From Bacilli bacterium (GTDB taxonomy: Bacteria > Bacillota_I > Bacilli_A > RF39 > UBA660), in the NCBI GenBank assembly GCA_017432825.1, contig JAFRIJ010000003.1, positions 73,187 through 137,186 on the forward strand: 64,000 bases of DNA, read 5' to 3'. The notes under the pieces were generated by a model that saw only the letters and a list, made by a program, of their open reading frames with translations, did not search any database and was not told the DNA's origin. This document shows positions 19,633-29,404 of this stretch, in pieces (positions within the stretch are counted from its first letter, which is position 1; each line of letters opens with the position of its first letter). The translations under genes and the position numbers were made by a program.

Positions 19633-22600
19633 ATGATAAGTAAGTTTAATAATAAAGGTTTTACTTTAGTTGAGGTATTGGTTACTGTTGTTTTAATGTC
19701 TATTATTATAACAATTTCTTTTGGGGCTTATAATCTTATAATTAATAATTCTAAGAATAAAGCAATTGAAGTAAGTAAAGATAATATAATGAATGCTGCA
19801 GAATTATATTTAAAAGAAGACGTTGATTATTCTTATTGGGGTCACCACGATTTGAACGATTCTACATATTATTACTATTACTGTATTTCTATTCAAGAAT
19901 TAATTAACAAAGGTTTTTTTGGTGAAGATTTATTAAATAAAAAAATTAAATCTGATGGTGGTATTACAAATAATTCTCTAATAAAGATTGTTAAAAATAT
20001 GAATAATATGACTATTGTAAAAACAGAAATAACTGATTTAACAAACGTTAATGAATGTTTAAATGAAACAAATGGTGACATTGATAATGATAATGATGAT
20101 CCTTTATCTGATGAAAATTATCATCTTTTATTTGAATCTAATGGTGATGTAGTAATTGCTCCATATTCTATAAGAAAAGGTAATTCAGTAAGTTTACCGT
20201 CTGCTACTAAGAATGGTTATTTATTTGCTGGGTGGTATACAAGAAAATTTAGTGGAACCAAAGTTGGAGATGCTAATACTACTATTACACCTAAGTATGA
20301 TATGATATTATATGCTCATTGGGTTCCTGATCCTAATATTCCTAGAGTAAATATTAAACTTGATATGAATGGTGGAGACCTTGCTAGTACACATGAAGAA
20401 GGTATTGATAAAAGTGGTACATTATTAACATATAATAATTCTACAATAATTCATCAAGTAATACATGTAGATAAAAGCGGATTATTAAATTGGAAAAATA
20501 ATATTAAAAGAGATGGTTATTCTATAAATGAAAATAAAGCATGGTGTATGGAAAGAAATGGAACTGGCAAATGTTATAGTTTAACAAAAGAATATAAGTC
20601 AACTGATTTTTGCCAAAATAAAAATGAAAACTGTACAATTACTTTATATGCTAATTGGATTCCTAGTAAAATAAAAATAATATTCAATGCGAATGGTGGG
20701 ATTTTGGCAAGTGAACACAATGTAAATTATAGTATTGATGATGATTATGTAACAAAGAATAATAATGTTATTATTCATACTATTGAATATGGTAATTCAT
20801 TAACTGAAAATGGGTTATTAAATTGGAATAACAAAAATGGCTTAAATATGTTTAAAACAGGATATACAATTAATAGTAATAGCGTGTGGTGTTTAAATGC
20901 GGAGACGTGTTTTGATCAAGTAACTGCTTATGAAGGAAGTAAATTCTGTGATGCTAAAGAAGGAGATTGTGAAGCAGAATTATATGCTAATTGGGTACCA
21001 AATACTTATACAATAACGTTAGATAATGAAGGCGCTACAACAAATGGAACCAGTACGTTATATGAAGAATATAATAAAAACTGGTATTTAGATACTGGAA
21101 AGACAAAAATAATGACTTCAGAAGAAAACCCTATAGTAATGCCAACTAAAACAGGATATACATTTGATGGATATTATACAGAAAAATATGGTGAAGGAAA
21201 TCAGGTAATAACTGAAGAAGGATACATAGTAGGAAATAAAACAAATACTTTCTCAGCAAATGGGAAATTATATGCAAATTGGAATGCACTTGATTATACA
21301 ATTAATTATTATATAGGTAATGCTGATGGCTCTACTCCTACTAAACTAAATTCACAAAAATGTACATTTGGTAATACTTGTACTTTAGTTGATTTTGCCG
21401 AATTAGTAGATAAATTTCCATATAGTAGTGCTGATTCAGGCGGAAAATATGGATGGTCATTCTATGGATGGAGTACATCAAAAGAGGGATTAACATTATC
21501 GTATAATAATAAAGCTTCATTAAGTGGTTTAACAACATATAGTAGTACAATTAATATATACGCTTTAGGTAAAAAAACTTATAGATTTAGTACTGGTAAA
21601 GAACCAAAATCATTTATATTAACAGTAAATCAAATATGGAATCCAATTGGTATAGAAGATAAATACTTAACTGATATAGATGTTCCAAATGCTGAATCGT
21701 TAAGTAGTTGGACTTTTATAGGTTATATAGGTGGATCTAATAGTGTTGCAAATGAAAATGTATGTATACCTGCAGCAAAAGCAGGCGCTAAGTATAAACC
21801 AAAATATAATGAATGTAGTACTGGATATATGCGTTCTAAATACAAAAGAACTTTAACTATTACATATGATGGAAATAGTGGTACAGGTACAACAAATAAG
21901 ACTGAATTAGTTCAATTATATAATTCAGGCTATGGTAATAATGCTGGAGATACAAATACTGGTTCAACACTTGGAAGTAATAGTATAAAATTAGCAAATA
22001 ACAATTTTACAAGAACAAATTATTTATTTACTAAATGGAGAACAGCTAAAACAAGTGGAACATTATATGCAGAAGGAGATACGTTTGAAGAATTAGGAAC
22101 TACAATAGATAGTACTAAGTTAACTCAAACGATGTATGCTCAATGGGAAGAAGATTTACCAGAAGATGCAACATTAATATATTATGCTAATGGTCATGGA
22201 ACAGCACCTGCTAAGGTTACAATGACATATTCTGCTGCGACGAAAGCAGCGGCAGCCATAACAGCTACTGGTTATACATTTAAAGAGTGGAATACAAAAG
22301 CTGATGGAACTGGAACAAGCTATCTAGCAGGAGCAACAGTAAAAGCAGCAAATGTTACACCAGTAAAAACATCTTTATATGCGCAGTGGACAGAAAAAAC
22401 AGCTAAATTAACATATAATGCAAATGGACATGGAACAGCTCCATCAGCAGTAACAATGAAATACTCTATAGAAACTAAAGCAGCTGCAGCTATTACAGCT
22501 ACTGGTTATACGTTTAATGGATGGAATACCAAAACAGACGGAACTGGAACAAACTATGCAGCAGGAGCAACAGTAAAAGCAGCAAATGTAGAACCAACAG

Positions 22601-23616
22601 CAAAAACGTTATATGCAAAATGGACAGAAAAAACAGCTAAATTAACATATAATGCAAATGGACATGGAACTGCACCGTCAGCAGTAACAATGAAGTATTC
22701 AGCAGCAACTACGGCAGCGGCAGCTATAACAGCCGGTGGTTATACATTTAATGGATGGAATACAAAAGCAGATGGGACTGGAACAAATTATGTAGCAGGA
22801 GCAACAGTAAAAGCAGCAAATGTAGAACCAACAGCAAAAACGTTATATGCAAAATGGACAGCAGTTGATCCAACTATTACTTTCTCTAAAGGTGGAACTA
22901 GTAGTTCTCCAACGAAGGTAAGAAGTGGAGTAGATATTACAGTAACATGTACTTCTGCAGCTGGTATTAGTTCACTTGATATAGTAGATGATTTAGGTGA
23001 TCATGGTACATTATCTAAACCATCTTCAACTGAATGGAAAAGAACAGATGAATTAGGTAAAGAAAGAGATAATGCTTATATTAAAGCGACATGTAAGTCT
23101 AAAAATGGAGAATCTAAAACTGTTACAAAATATTATAATGTAAAAAATGCAACACCTTCTATTTCCTTTAGCCCTGCTGGTGGCACTAGTAGTAGCCCTA
23201 AATCTGTTGCTAAGGGTTCAACTATTACTATTACATGTACTTCTAGTTTTACAATTAGTTCGTTTTCTACAGTAGATGATACAGGTGATAAAGGTAGTCA
23301 AAGTTCAAAAACTAATACAAAGGTTGTTAGAAAAATAACACTTGGTTCTGTCAGATCTGGTGCTTATATTAAAGCAACATGTAATGACGGTGTAAGCAAA
23401 ACTGTTAAAAAATATTATAAAGTTACAAGTTCATCTTCTGGAGGTAGTAGTTCTTGCTCGGGTTCTTCTAGTTCTACTAAGGGGACATGTATATGTTATG
23501 ATATGGAACAATGTCATATTGTTGGTTCAACTTATTCAAGTTATACAAAAGAGCAATGTTGTGATAAATGTGGTAAAAATAGTTATCAGTGGAATACTAC
23601 TGTACCTCCTTGTTAA
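19633..23616 (+). CDS. Giant modular type IV pilin-like adhesin with InlB B-repeat (Listeria-Bacteroides) domains, two Ig-like repeats and a Cys-rich C-terminus
   Basis: NNKG/FTLVEVL prepilin motif; multiple GYTFxGW..LYAxW modules; GAGGTG RBS before ATG 19633. Confidence 0.85.
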   Translation: MISKFNNKGFTLVEVLVTVVLMSIIITISFGAYNLIINNSKNKAIEVSKDNIMNAAELYLKEDVDYSYWGHHDLNDSTYYYYYCISIQELINKGFFGEDLLNKKIKSDGGITNNSLIKIVKNMNNMTIVKTEITDLTNVNECLNETNGDIDNDNDDPLSDENYHLLFESNGDVVIAPYSIRKGNSVSLPSATKNGYLFAGWYTRKFSGTKVGDANTTITPKYDMILYAHWVPDPNIPRVNIKLDMNGGDLASTHEEGIDKSGTLLTYNNSTIIHQVIHVDKSGLLNWKNNIKRDGYSINENKAWCMERNGTGKCYSLTKEYKSTDFCQNKNENCTITLYANWIPSKIKIIFNANGGILASEHNVNYSIDDDYVTKNNNVIIHTIEYGNSLTENGLLNWNNKNGLNMFKTGYTINSNSVWCLNAETCFDQVTAYEGSKFCDAKEGDCEAELYANWVPNTYTITLDNEGATTNGTSTLYEEYNKNWYLDTGKTKIMTSEENPIVMPTKTGYTFDGYYTEKYGEGNQVITEEGYIVGNKTNTFSANGKLYANWNALDYTINYYIGNADGSTPTKLNSQKCTFGNTCTLVDFAELVDKFPYSSADSGGKYGWSFYGWSTSKEGLTLSYNNKASLSGLTTYSSTINIYALGKKTYRFSTGKEPKSFILTVNQIWNPIGIEDKYLTDIDVPNAESLSSWTFIGYIGGSNSVANENVCIPAAKAGAKYKPKYNECSTGYMRSKYKRTLTITYDGNSGTGTTNKTELVQLYNSGYGNNAGDTNTGSTLGSNSIKLANNNFTRTNYLFTKWRTAKTSGTLYAEGDTFEELGTTIDSTKLTQTMYAQWEEDLPEDATLIYYANGHGTAPAKVTMTYSAATKAAAAITATGYTFKEWNTKADGTGTSYLAGATVKAANVTPVKTSLYAQWTEKTAKLTYNANGHGTAPSAVTMKYSIETKAAAAITATGYTFNGWNTKTDGTGTNYAAGATVKAANVEPTAKTLYAKWTEKTAKLTYNANGHGTAPSAVTMKYSAATTAAAAITAGGYTFNGWNTKADGTGTNYVAGATVKAANVEPTAKTLYAKWTAVDPTITFSKGGTSSSPTKVRSGVDITVTCTSAAGISSLDIVDDLGDHGTLSKPSSTEWKRTDELGKERDNAYIKATCKSKNGESKTVTKYYNVKNATPSISFSPAGGTSSSPKSVAKGSTITITCTSSFTISSFSTVDDTGDKGSQSSKTNTKVVRKITLGSVRSGAYIKATCNDGVSKTVKKYYKVTSSSSGGSSSCSGSSSSTKGTCICYDMEQCHIVGSTYSSYTKEQCCDKCGKNSYQWNTTVPPC
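22168..22860 (+). repeat. Three tandem 234-bp (78-aa) intragenic repeats
   Basis: Units start at 22168, 22402 and 22636 (AxLxYxANGHGTAP..LYAxWT); units 2 and 3 are nearly identical. Confidence 0.92.
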
Positions 23617-23624
23617 GTAATTAA

Positions 23625-23651
23625 GTAGTTAGAGTTTCTAACTACTTTTTT
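23625..23651 (+). terminator. Intrinsic terminator after the pilin gene
   Basis: AGTAGTTAGA-GTT-TCTAACTACT followed by a T-run. Confidence 0.75.
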
Positions 23652-23704
23652 CTAATAAAATAATTATTTTTATATTGTTTTTATATTAAAGTATGATATA
23701 ATAC

Positions 23705-23830
23705 TTATGATGTTTATTTGTTGGTCAATATGTGACAATTGACTATATAGCAAATCGTTTACTCACGTTATGAGTTAAGAGCACGTAAGTGAAATAAAGT
23801 GGTACCGCGGGATATCTCGTCTTTATATTA
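23705..23830 (+). promoter_or_regulatory. T-box riboswitch (Asp) with very short Stem I
   Basis: T-box AAATAAAGTGGTACCGCG (23792-23809) pairs with CTCGTCTTTAT; GAC in the loop of GGTCAAT/ATTGACT; CAC-GTAA-GTG Stem III; upstream of aspS. Confidence 0.8.
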
Positions 23831-23868
23831 TTTCTTTTATGTGCTTTATTATATGTTAGGAGGATATT

Positions 23869-25605
23869 ATGGAAAAATATAAATATTATAATATAAATAA
23901 TGTTGGGGAAGAGGTTATAATTAATGGATGGGTTTCTAAAGTTAGAAATCTTGGTGGATTAGTTTTTATAGATATAAGAAATAGAACTGGTATTATACAA
24001 GCTGTAGTTAGACCTGATAATAAGTGTTATGATATTGCTAATAGTTTAGGTAATGAATATGTTATTAGAGTTTCTGGTATAATAGTCGAAAGAGAAAATA
24101 AAAATAAAAATATTCTTAGTGGAGATATAGAAATTGATGTTAATAAATTAGAGCTTATTAATAAATCTAAAGATATTCCTTTTGTTATTAGTGATGATAC
24201 TAATGCTTTAGAAGATACTAGATTAAAATATAGATTTCTTGATTTGAGAAGAGAAATATTAAAAAATAATTTTATTATTAGAGATAAAATTACGTATGCT
24301 ACAAGAAAATTTTTTCATGATTTAGATTTTATTGAAGTTGAAACTCCTGTTTTATGTAAGAGTACTCCTGAGGGAGCTAGGGATTATTTAGTTCCTAGTA
24401 GAGTTAATAAGGGTAAATTTTATGCTTTACCTCAATCTCCTCAAATATATAAGCAATTATTAATGGTATCTGGTTTTGAAAGGTATTTTCAAATTGCTAA
24501 GTGCTTTAGAGATGAGGATTTAAGGGCTGATAGACAACCTGAATTTACTCAGATTGATGTTGAGATGTCTTTTGTTAATGAAGAGGATGTTATGGATGTT
24601 GGTGAAAGACTTGTTGCTAGTATTTTTAAAGAGGTTAAGGGGATTGATATTAAACTTCCCTTAATGAAAATGAAATATGATGATGCTATGGATAAGTATG
24701 GTAGTGATAAGCCTGATTTAAGGTTTGGAATGGAAATTAATGATATTACTTCTTGCTTTAAAAATACTTCCTTTACTTTATTTAAAAATGTTATAGATGA
24801 TGGTGGTATTATTAATGCGATTGTAGTTCGTGATGCTAGTAGTAAGTATTCTAGAAAGGAATTAGATAAACTTACTGATTTTGTTAAGACATATAAAGCT
24901 AGTGGTTTAGCATATTTAAAATATAATGATGAAGTTACAGGTTCTATTGCTAAGGTTGTTAGTGATGATGAAATTAATGATATTAAAAAAATCTTAAATA
25001 TTAATTCTAATGATTTGGTTTTAATTATTAGTGGTAAGAAAGATATTGTTAAGGTTTCTTTAGGTGCCTTGAGATGTAAATTAGCTAGAGATTTAGGTTT
25101 AATTAAACCTGGTGATTATAAATTATTATGGGTAGTTGATTTTCCTTCTTTTGAATGGAGTGAAGAAGAGAATAGGTATGTTTCTTGTCATCATCCATTT
25201 ACAATGCCTAAGGATAGTGATGTAGAAAAATTAATTAATGATAAAGCTAACTGTTATTCAAAAGCATATGATATTGTTATTAATGGTTATGAAGCAGGTG
25301 GAGGTTCTATACGTATTCATGATGAGAAAGTTCAAGAAACTATGTTTAAGGCTTTGGAATTGTCTGATAAGGATATAGAAGAAAAGTTTGGCTTCTTTGT
25401 AGATGCTTTAAAATATGGATGCCCTCCTCATGGCGGATTTGCTATGGGGTTAGATAGACTTACAATGCTTTTATGTGGTAGTGAAAATATTAGAGATGTT
25501 ATTGCTTTTCCTAAAACTGCATCTGCTACTGATTTGATGTGTGATTGTCCATCTTTTGTTGATGATAAACAATTAAATGATTTAGGATTAAAAATAAATA
25601 AATAA
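23869..25605 (+). CDS. aspS: Aspartate--tRNA ligase
   Basis: STPEGARDYLVPSR, LPQSPQ, FRDEDLRADRQPEFTQ, PPHGG, IRDVIAFPKT. Confidence 0.97.
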   Translation: MEKYKYYNINNVGEEVIINGWVSKVRNLGGLVFIDIRNRTGIIQAVVRPDNKCYDIANSLGNEYVIRVSGIIVERENKNKNILSGDIEIDVNKLELINKSKDIPFVISDDTNALEDTRLKYRFLDLRREILKNNFIIRDKITYATRKFFHDLDFIEVETPVLCKSTPEGARDYLVPSRVNKGKFYALPQSPQIYKQLLMVSGFERYFQIAKCFRDEDLRADRQPEFTQIDVEMSFVNEEDVMDVGERLVASIFKEVKGIDIKLPLMKMKYDDAMDKYGSDKPDLRFGMEINDITSCFKNTSFTLFKNVIDDGGIINAIVVRDASSKYSRKELDKLTDFVKTYKASGLAYLKYNDEVTGSIAKVVSDDEINDIKKILNINSNDLVLIISGKKDIVKVSLGALRCKLARDLGLIKPGDYKLLWVVDFPSFEWSEEENRYVSCHHPFTMPKDSDVEKLINDKANCYSKAYDIVINGYEAGGGSIRIHDEKVQETMFKALELSDKDIEEKFGFFVDALKYGCPPHGGFAMGLDRLTMLLCGSENIRDVIAFPKTASATDLMCDCPSFVDDKQLNDLGLKINK

Positions 25606-25628
25606 TATTATATGATAGGGGATTTATA

Positions 25629-27074
25629 ATGATGTATATTGAAAAAAATGGAAAAAAATATTATGAACTTGTTGTTTTGTTTGAAAGGTTAGCAGAAGGT
25701 AAAGATAAGATTACTAAGTTTAAGCCTATAAATATATGTTTAGGTAGTTTTAATGAAAAAGATCTTATTTTTACTGATATAAGAGGCAATAATTATTATC
25801 ATATGAGTAATACTAAAGTATCTGAAGTTGGTTTTGGATTAAGAACTTCGTTAGATACTATGAAAGAAATATATGGTAAAGAAAAAATTCGTGATTGTGT
25901 TAAAAAGTTTTACAATGAAATTAGATTTGATACTTTTTATTATGGTACTAGTGGTAAAAACTATGAAAAATTACATCTAGTTGGAGAAAATAAGATTACT
26001 CGTGTTCAATCTTTTTATGATGAGAAAGATATATATAGTTCTATTACAACTAATAGTAATTCTTCTAGGAAAGATATTAATACTAAGCAACTTATAAATA
26101 ATATTAAGAGTAAGGTTGTTGGTCAAAATGATGCTATTGATGATATTGTTACAGTTTTGTGGCAAAATGATCATAGTGATATTAAAAGAAATATGCTTCT
26201 TATAGGGCCTACTGGTGTAGGTAAGACAGAAATTATTAAGAATATTTCTTCTGAATTAGATATTCCTCTTGTTATTGCTAGTGCTTCTGGGTTAACTAAG
26301 TCTGGATATAAGGGTGAATCTGTTGAAGATATTTTAAGAAGGTTATATAAAAAGGCTAATGGAGATATAAAGAAAGCTGAGAATGGTATTATTGTTTTAG
26401 ATGAATTTGATAAATTAGCTAGTCAGGGTATGGATGGTGATACTATTTCTACTTCTGGTGTTCAAGAAGAATTACTTAAATTTACTGAAGGTTGTGAATA
26501 TGATTTAGATATTTCTGATGATCCTTTAGCATCTGAGTTTGTATCTATTAATACTTTAGGAATTACTTTTATTGCTATGGGAGCTTTTGCTGATTTAGAA
26601 AGACAAGGTAGAACTAAAACTACTAATTCTATTGGTTTTTGTTCTAGAATTGAAGAAAAGAAGGATGATAAGGCTTTTTATAGGGAAATTAATAGTGATG
26701 ATTTAATTAAATATGGAATTATTGCTGAATTGGTTGGTAGATTTCCTGTTATTATCCCTTTAAATCCTGTTAGTGAAGATTTGCTTATTCAGATTATGAA
26801 TAATCCTAATACTAATTTACTTAGTGAAAAAATTAAGATATTAAATCAAGCTGGTATAAAATTAAGAATAAATAATCCAGAAATAGTTAAGAAGAAAATT
26901 GCAAGTATTGCTATGGAGAAAAATATTGGCGTTAGGGGATTATCTAGTGTGGTTGAGAAGACATTTGTTAAAGCCATGAGAGAAGTTTCCCAAAGTAGTG
27001 GTGAATTTGAAGAATTGATTATTGATGAAGATACAGTTGATGATCCTAAAAAATATATATTAAAAAGAAGATAA
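25629..27074 (+). CDS. ClpX-like AAA+ ATPase with novel N-terminal domain (no C4 zinc finger)
   Basis: VVGQNDA, GPTGVGKT, GYKGESVE, LDEFDK, GVQEELLK, SIGF loop, ELVGRFP, IGVRGL. Confidence 0.8.
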   Translation: MMYIEKNGKKYYELVVLFERLAEGKDKITKFKPINICLGSFNEKDLIFTDIRGNNYYHMSNTKVSEVGFGLRTSLDTMKEIYGKEKIRDCVKKFYNEIRFDTFYYGTSGKNYEKLHLVGENKITRVQSFYDEKDIYSSITTNSNSSRKDINTKQLINNIKSKVVGQNDAIDDIVTVLWQNDHSDIKRNMLLIGPTGVGKTEIIKNISSELDIPLVIASASGLTKSGYKGESVEDILRRLYKKANGDIKKAENGIIVLDEFDKLASQGMDGDTISTSGVQEELLKFTEGCEYDLDISDDPLASEFVSINTLGITFIAMGAFADLERQGRTKTTNSIGFCSRIEEKKDDKAFYREINSDDLIKYGIIAELVGRFPVIIPLNPVSEDLLIQIMNNPNTNLLSEKIKILNQAGIKLRINNPEIVKKKIASIAMEKNIGVRGLSSVVEKTFVKAMREVSQSSGEFEELIIDEDTVDDPKKYILKRR

Positions 27075-27124
27075 TTTTGTTATATATTTATTCTTTTTTC
27101 ATATTATTAGTAGAGGTGTTTGAT

Positions 27125-27433
27125 ATGAATAAAGAATTACCAAAAATGTATCATAATAGTGTTAATAAACCAGTTAATAGTATTCAAAAGGTTTATTCTT
27201 CTATTAATGAAAATAAAGAGATAAATAAAGATATTAAATATCCTAATATATCTATAGATAAAAAAATAAAAAATATCTTTAATAGTAGTGATTATGTTTA
27301 TAAGGCTGATGTAACTATTGTTACTGATAATGATATATTACATAAGAGAATTATTGCAAGAAATAATAATAATTTGATTACAATTGATAATGAATTTATT
27401 CCTATTAGTATTATTAGAGATATATATAAGTAA
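27125..27433 (+). CDS. Small hypothetical protein
   Basis: GAGGTG RBS before ATG 27125; C-terminal half looks beta-rich. Confidence 0.65.
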   Translation: MNKELPKMYHNSVNKPVNSIQKVYSSINENKEINKDIKYPNISIDKKIKNIFNSSDYVYKADVTIVTDNDILHKRIIARNNNNLITIDNEFIPISIIRDIYK

Positions 27434-27444
27434 GAAGGGATAAT

Positions 27445-28830
27445 ATGAATAGTAAGTTAGAAGAATTTAATCGTAGACTTAAAAGTAGTAAGGTTGCAGT
27501 TATTGGAGCAGGAGTTAGTAATTTACCTTTACTATCATATTTAAATGATTTAAGTGGTAAAATATATTTGTTTGATAAAAATAATTATGATAATTTATCA
27601 GATGAAGTAAAAGAGAGTATTAAGAAATTTGATATTATTACTTATTTAGGTGATAATTATTTGGAAAATTTAGTTGGTTTTGATATTATTTTTAGAAGTC
27701 CTAGTTGTTTACCTACTAATAAATATTTAATTAAAGAAAAAGAAAGAGGAGCTCTTATTACTACTGAGGTAGAGCAGGTGTTAAGTTTATCTAATGCTAA
27801 AAGTATTGGTATTACTGGTAGTAAGGGAAAGACAACAACAACAACTATTATTAATGAAATTTTAACTAAATTAGGATATCATACTTATTTAGGTGGTAAT
27901 ATTGGTATTCCTTTATTTACTGAAATAAAAAATATAACTTGTAATGATATTATTGTACTAGAGTTATCTAGTTTTCAATTAATGAATATGAGTACTTCTC
28001 CTAATGTTAGTTTAGTTACTAATATTAGTCCAGATCATTTGGATATTCATGGTAGTTATGAGGAATATATTGATGCTAAAAAGTATATTTATAAGAATCA
28101 ATCTAAGGATGATTATTTGATTTTAAATAGTGATGATAAGATAGTAAGAGATTTTTCTAAAGATGCAATATCTTCTATTAAGTATTATGGTATAGGAAAA
28201 AATAATAATGTTTTTTATTTGGAAGATAATTACATTTGTTTTAATAATAAGAAGATTATTAATACTGATAAATTATTGTTAAGAGGAAAACATAATTTTA
28301 TTAATATATGTGCTGCTTTAACTGCTGTTAGTTGTTTAGTTGATATCGATTTAGATAAAGTAGAAGATATTGTTAAAAATATTAATAGTGTTCATCATAG
28401 GTTAGAGTTTGTTAGAGAAATTAATGGAGTAAAGTGGTATAATGATTCTGCTAGTACGACTCCTGATAAATCTTTAGCAGGTATTTATTCTTTTTCTAAT
28501 GATATTGTATTGATATGTGGTGGATATGATAAAAATATTTCTTACGATCCTTTAGTAAAGCCTATACTTAATCATGTTAGTAAATTAATATTGTTTGGTA
28601 ATACTAAAGATAAAATATATGATGCTGTTATGAAAGAAAAGAAGAAAATATCTGATAGTAATTTACAAATATATGTTATGGATACTTTAGATGAAGTTGT
28701 TGATATTGCTTATAAGGTTAGTGTTCCTGGAGAAGTTGTATTATTTTCTCCTGCATCTGCTTCTTTTGATATGTTTAAGAATGCATATCAAAGAGGCGAT
28801 TTATTTAAAGAAAAAGTTAATAACTTATAA
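27445..28830 (+). CDS. murD: UDP-N-acetylmuramoyl-L-alanine--D-glutamate ligase
   Basis: GITGSKGKTTT, ELSSFQL, DHLD, HRLE, NDSAST, SPASASFDMF. Confidence 0.95.
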   Translation: MNSKLEEFNRRLKSSKVAVIGAGVSNLPLLSYLNDLSGKIYLFDKNNYDNLSDEVKESIKKFDIITYLGDNYLENLVGFDIIFRSPSCLPTNKYLIKEKERGALITTEVEQVLSLSNAKSIGITGSKGKTTTTTIINEILTKLGYHTYLGGNIGIPLFTEIKNITCNDIIVLELSSFQLMNMSTSPNVSLVTNISPDHLDIHGSYEEYIDAKKYIYKNQSKDDYLILNSDDKIVRDFSKDAISSIKYYGIGKNNNVFYLEDNYICFNNKKIINTDKLLLRGKHNFINICAALTAVSCLVDIDLDKVEDIVKNINSVHHRLEFVREINGVKWYNDSASTTPDKSLAGIYSFSNDIVLICGGYDKNISYDPLVKPILNHVSKLILFGNTKDKIYDAVMKEKKKISDSNLQIYVMDTLDEVVDIAYKVSVPGEVVLFSPASASFDMFKNAYQRGDLFKEKVNNL

Positions 28831-28854
28831 TTATTTAATTATATAAAATTTATC

Positions 28855-28883
28855 TTGACAAATATTATAAAATAGAGTAAAAT
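28855..28883 (+). promoter_or_regulatory. SigA promoter of greA-tig
   Basis: TTGACA, 17 nt spacer, TAAAAT. Confidence 0.75.
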
Positions 28884-28909
28884 TTTGAAATAGTTGAGGA
28901 GGAATTAAC

Positions 28910-29389
28910 ATGTCAGATGAAAAAGTTTATTTAACTGATGAGGGTTTTTTAGAATTAGAAACAGAGCTTAATGAGCTAAAAAATGTTAGAAGACCTGCTG
29001 TAATTAAAGCTTTAAAAGAAGCTCGTGCTTTAGGAGATTTATCTGAGAATGCTGATTATGATGCTGCAAGAAATGAGCAAGCACAAGTAGAGGGTAGAAT
29101 TCTTGAATTAGAAAAAATAATGGAGAATGCCCATATTATTGAAAAGAGTAATTCTGGTAAAGTAGGATTAGGTTCTACTGTTAGAGTTAAATATATTGAT
29201 GAAGACGAAGAGGATGAAGATATAGAAGAATATCTTATTGTTGGATCTAAAGAAGCAGATCCTTCTAATTATAAGATATCTAATGAATCTCCACTAGCTA
29301 CTGCTATTATGAATGCTAAGGTAGGAGATATTTGTACTGTTGAGAGTCCTAATGGTTCTTATGATGTAGAAATTGTAGAAATATTATAA
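28910..29389 (+). CDS. greA: Transcription elongation factor GreA
   Basis: GDLSENADYDAA, ISNESPLA. Confidence 0.96.
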   Translation: MSDEKVYLTDEGFLELETELNELKNVRRPAVIKALKEARALGDLSENADYDAARNEQAQVEGRILELEKIMENAHIIEKSNSGKVGLGSTVRVKYIDEDEEDEDIEEYLIVGSKEADPSNYKISNESPLATAIMNAKVGDICTVESPNGSYDVEIVEIL

Positions 29390-29404
29390 TAGGAGTTGTG
29401 TTGA

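Noticed and set aside
22168-22860. Tandem repeats as a possible CRISPR array or DGR template/variable pair
   Set aside because: In-frame 234-bp coding repeats with no spacers; differences are not adenine-specific; no cas or reverse transcriptase gene in the window
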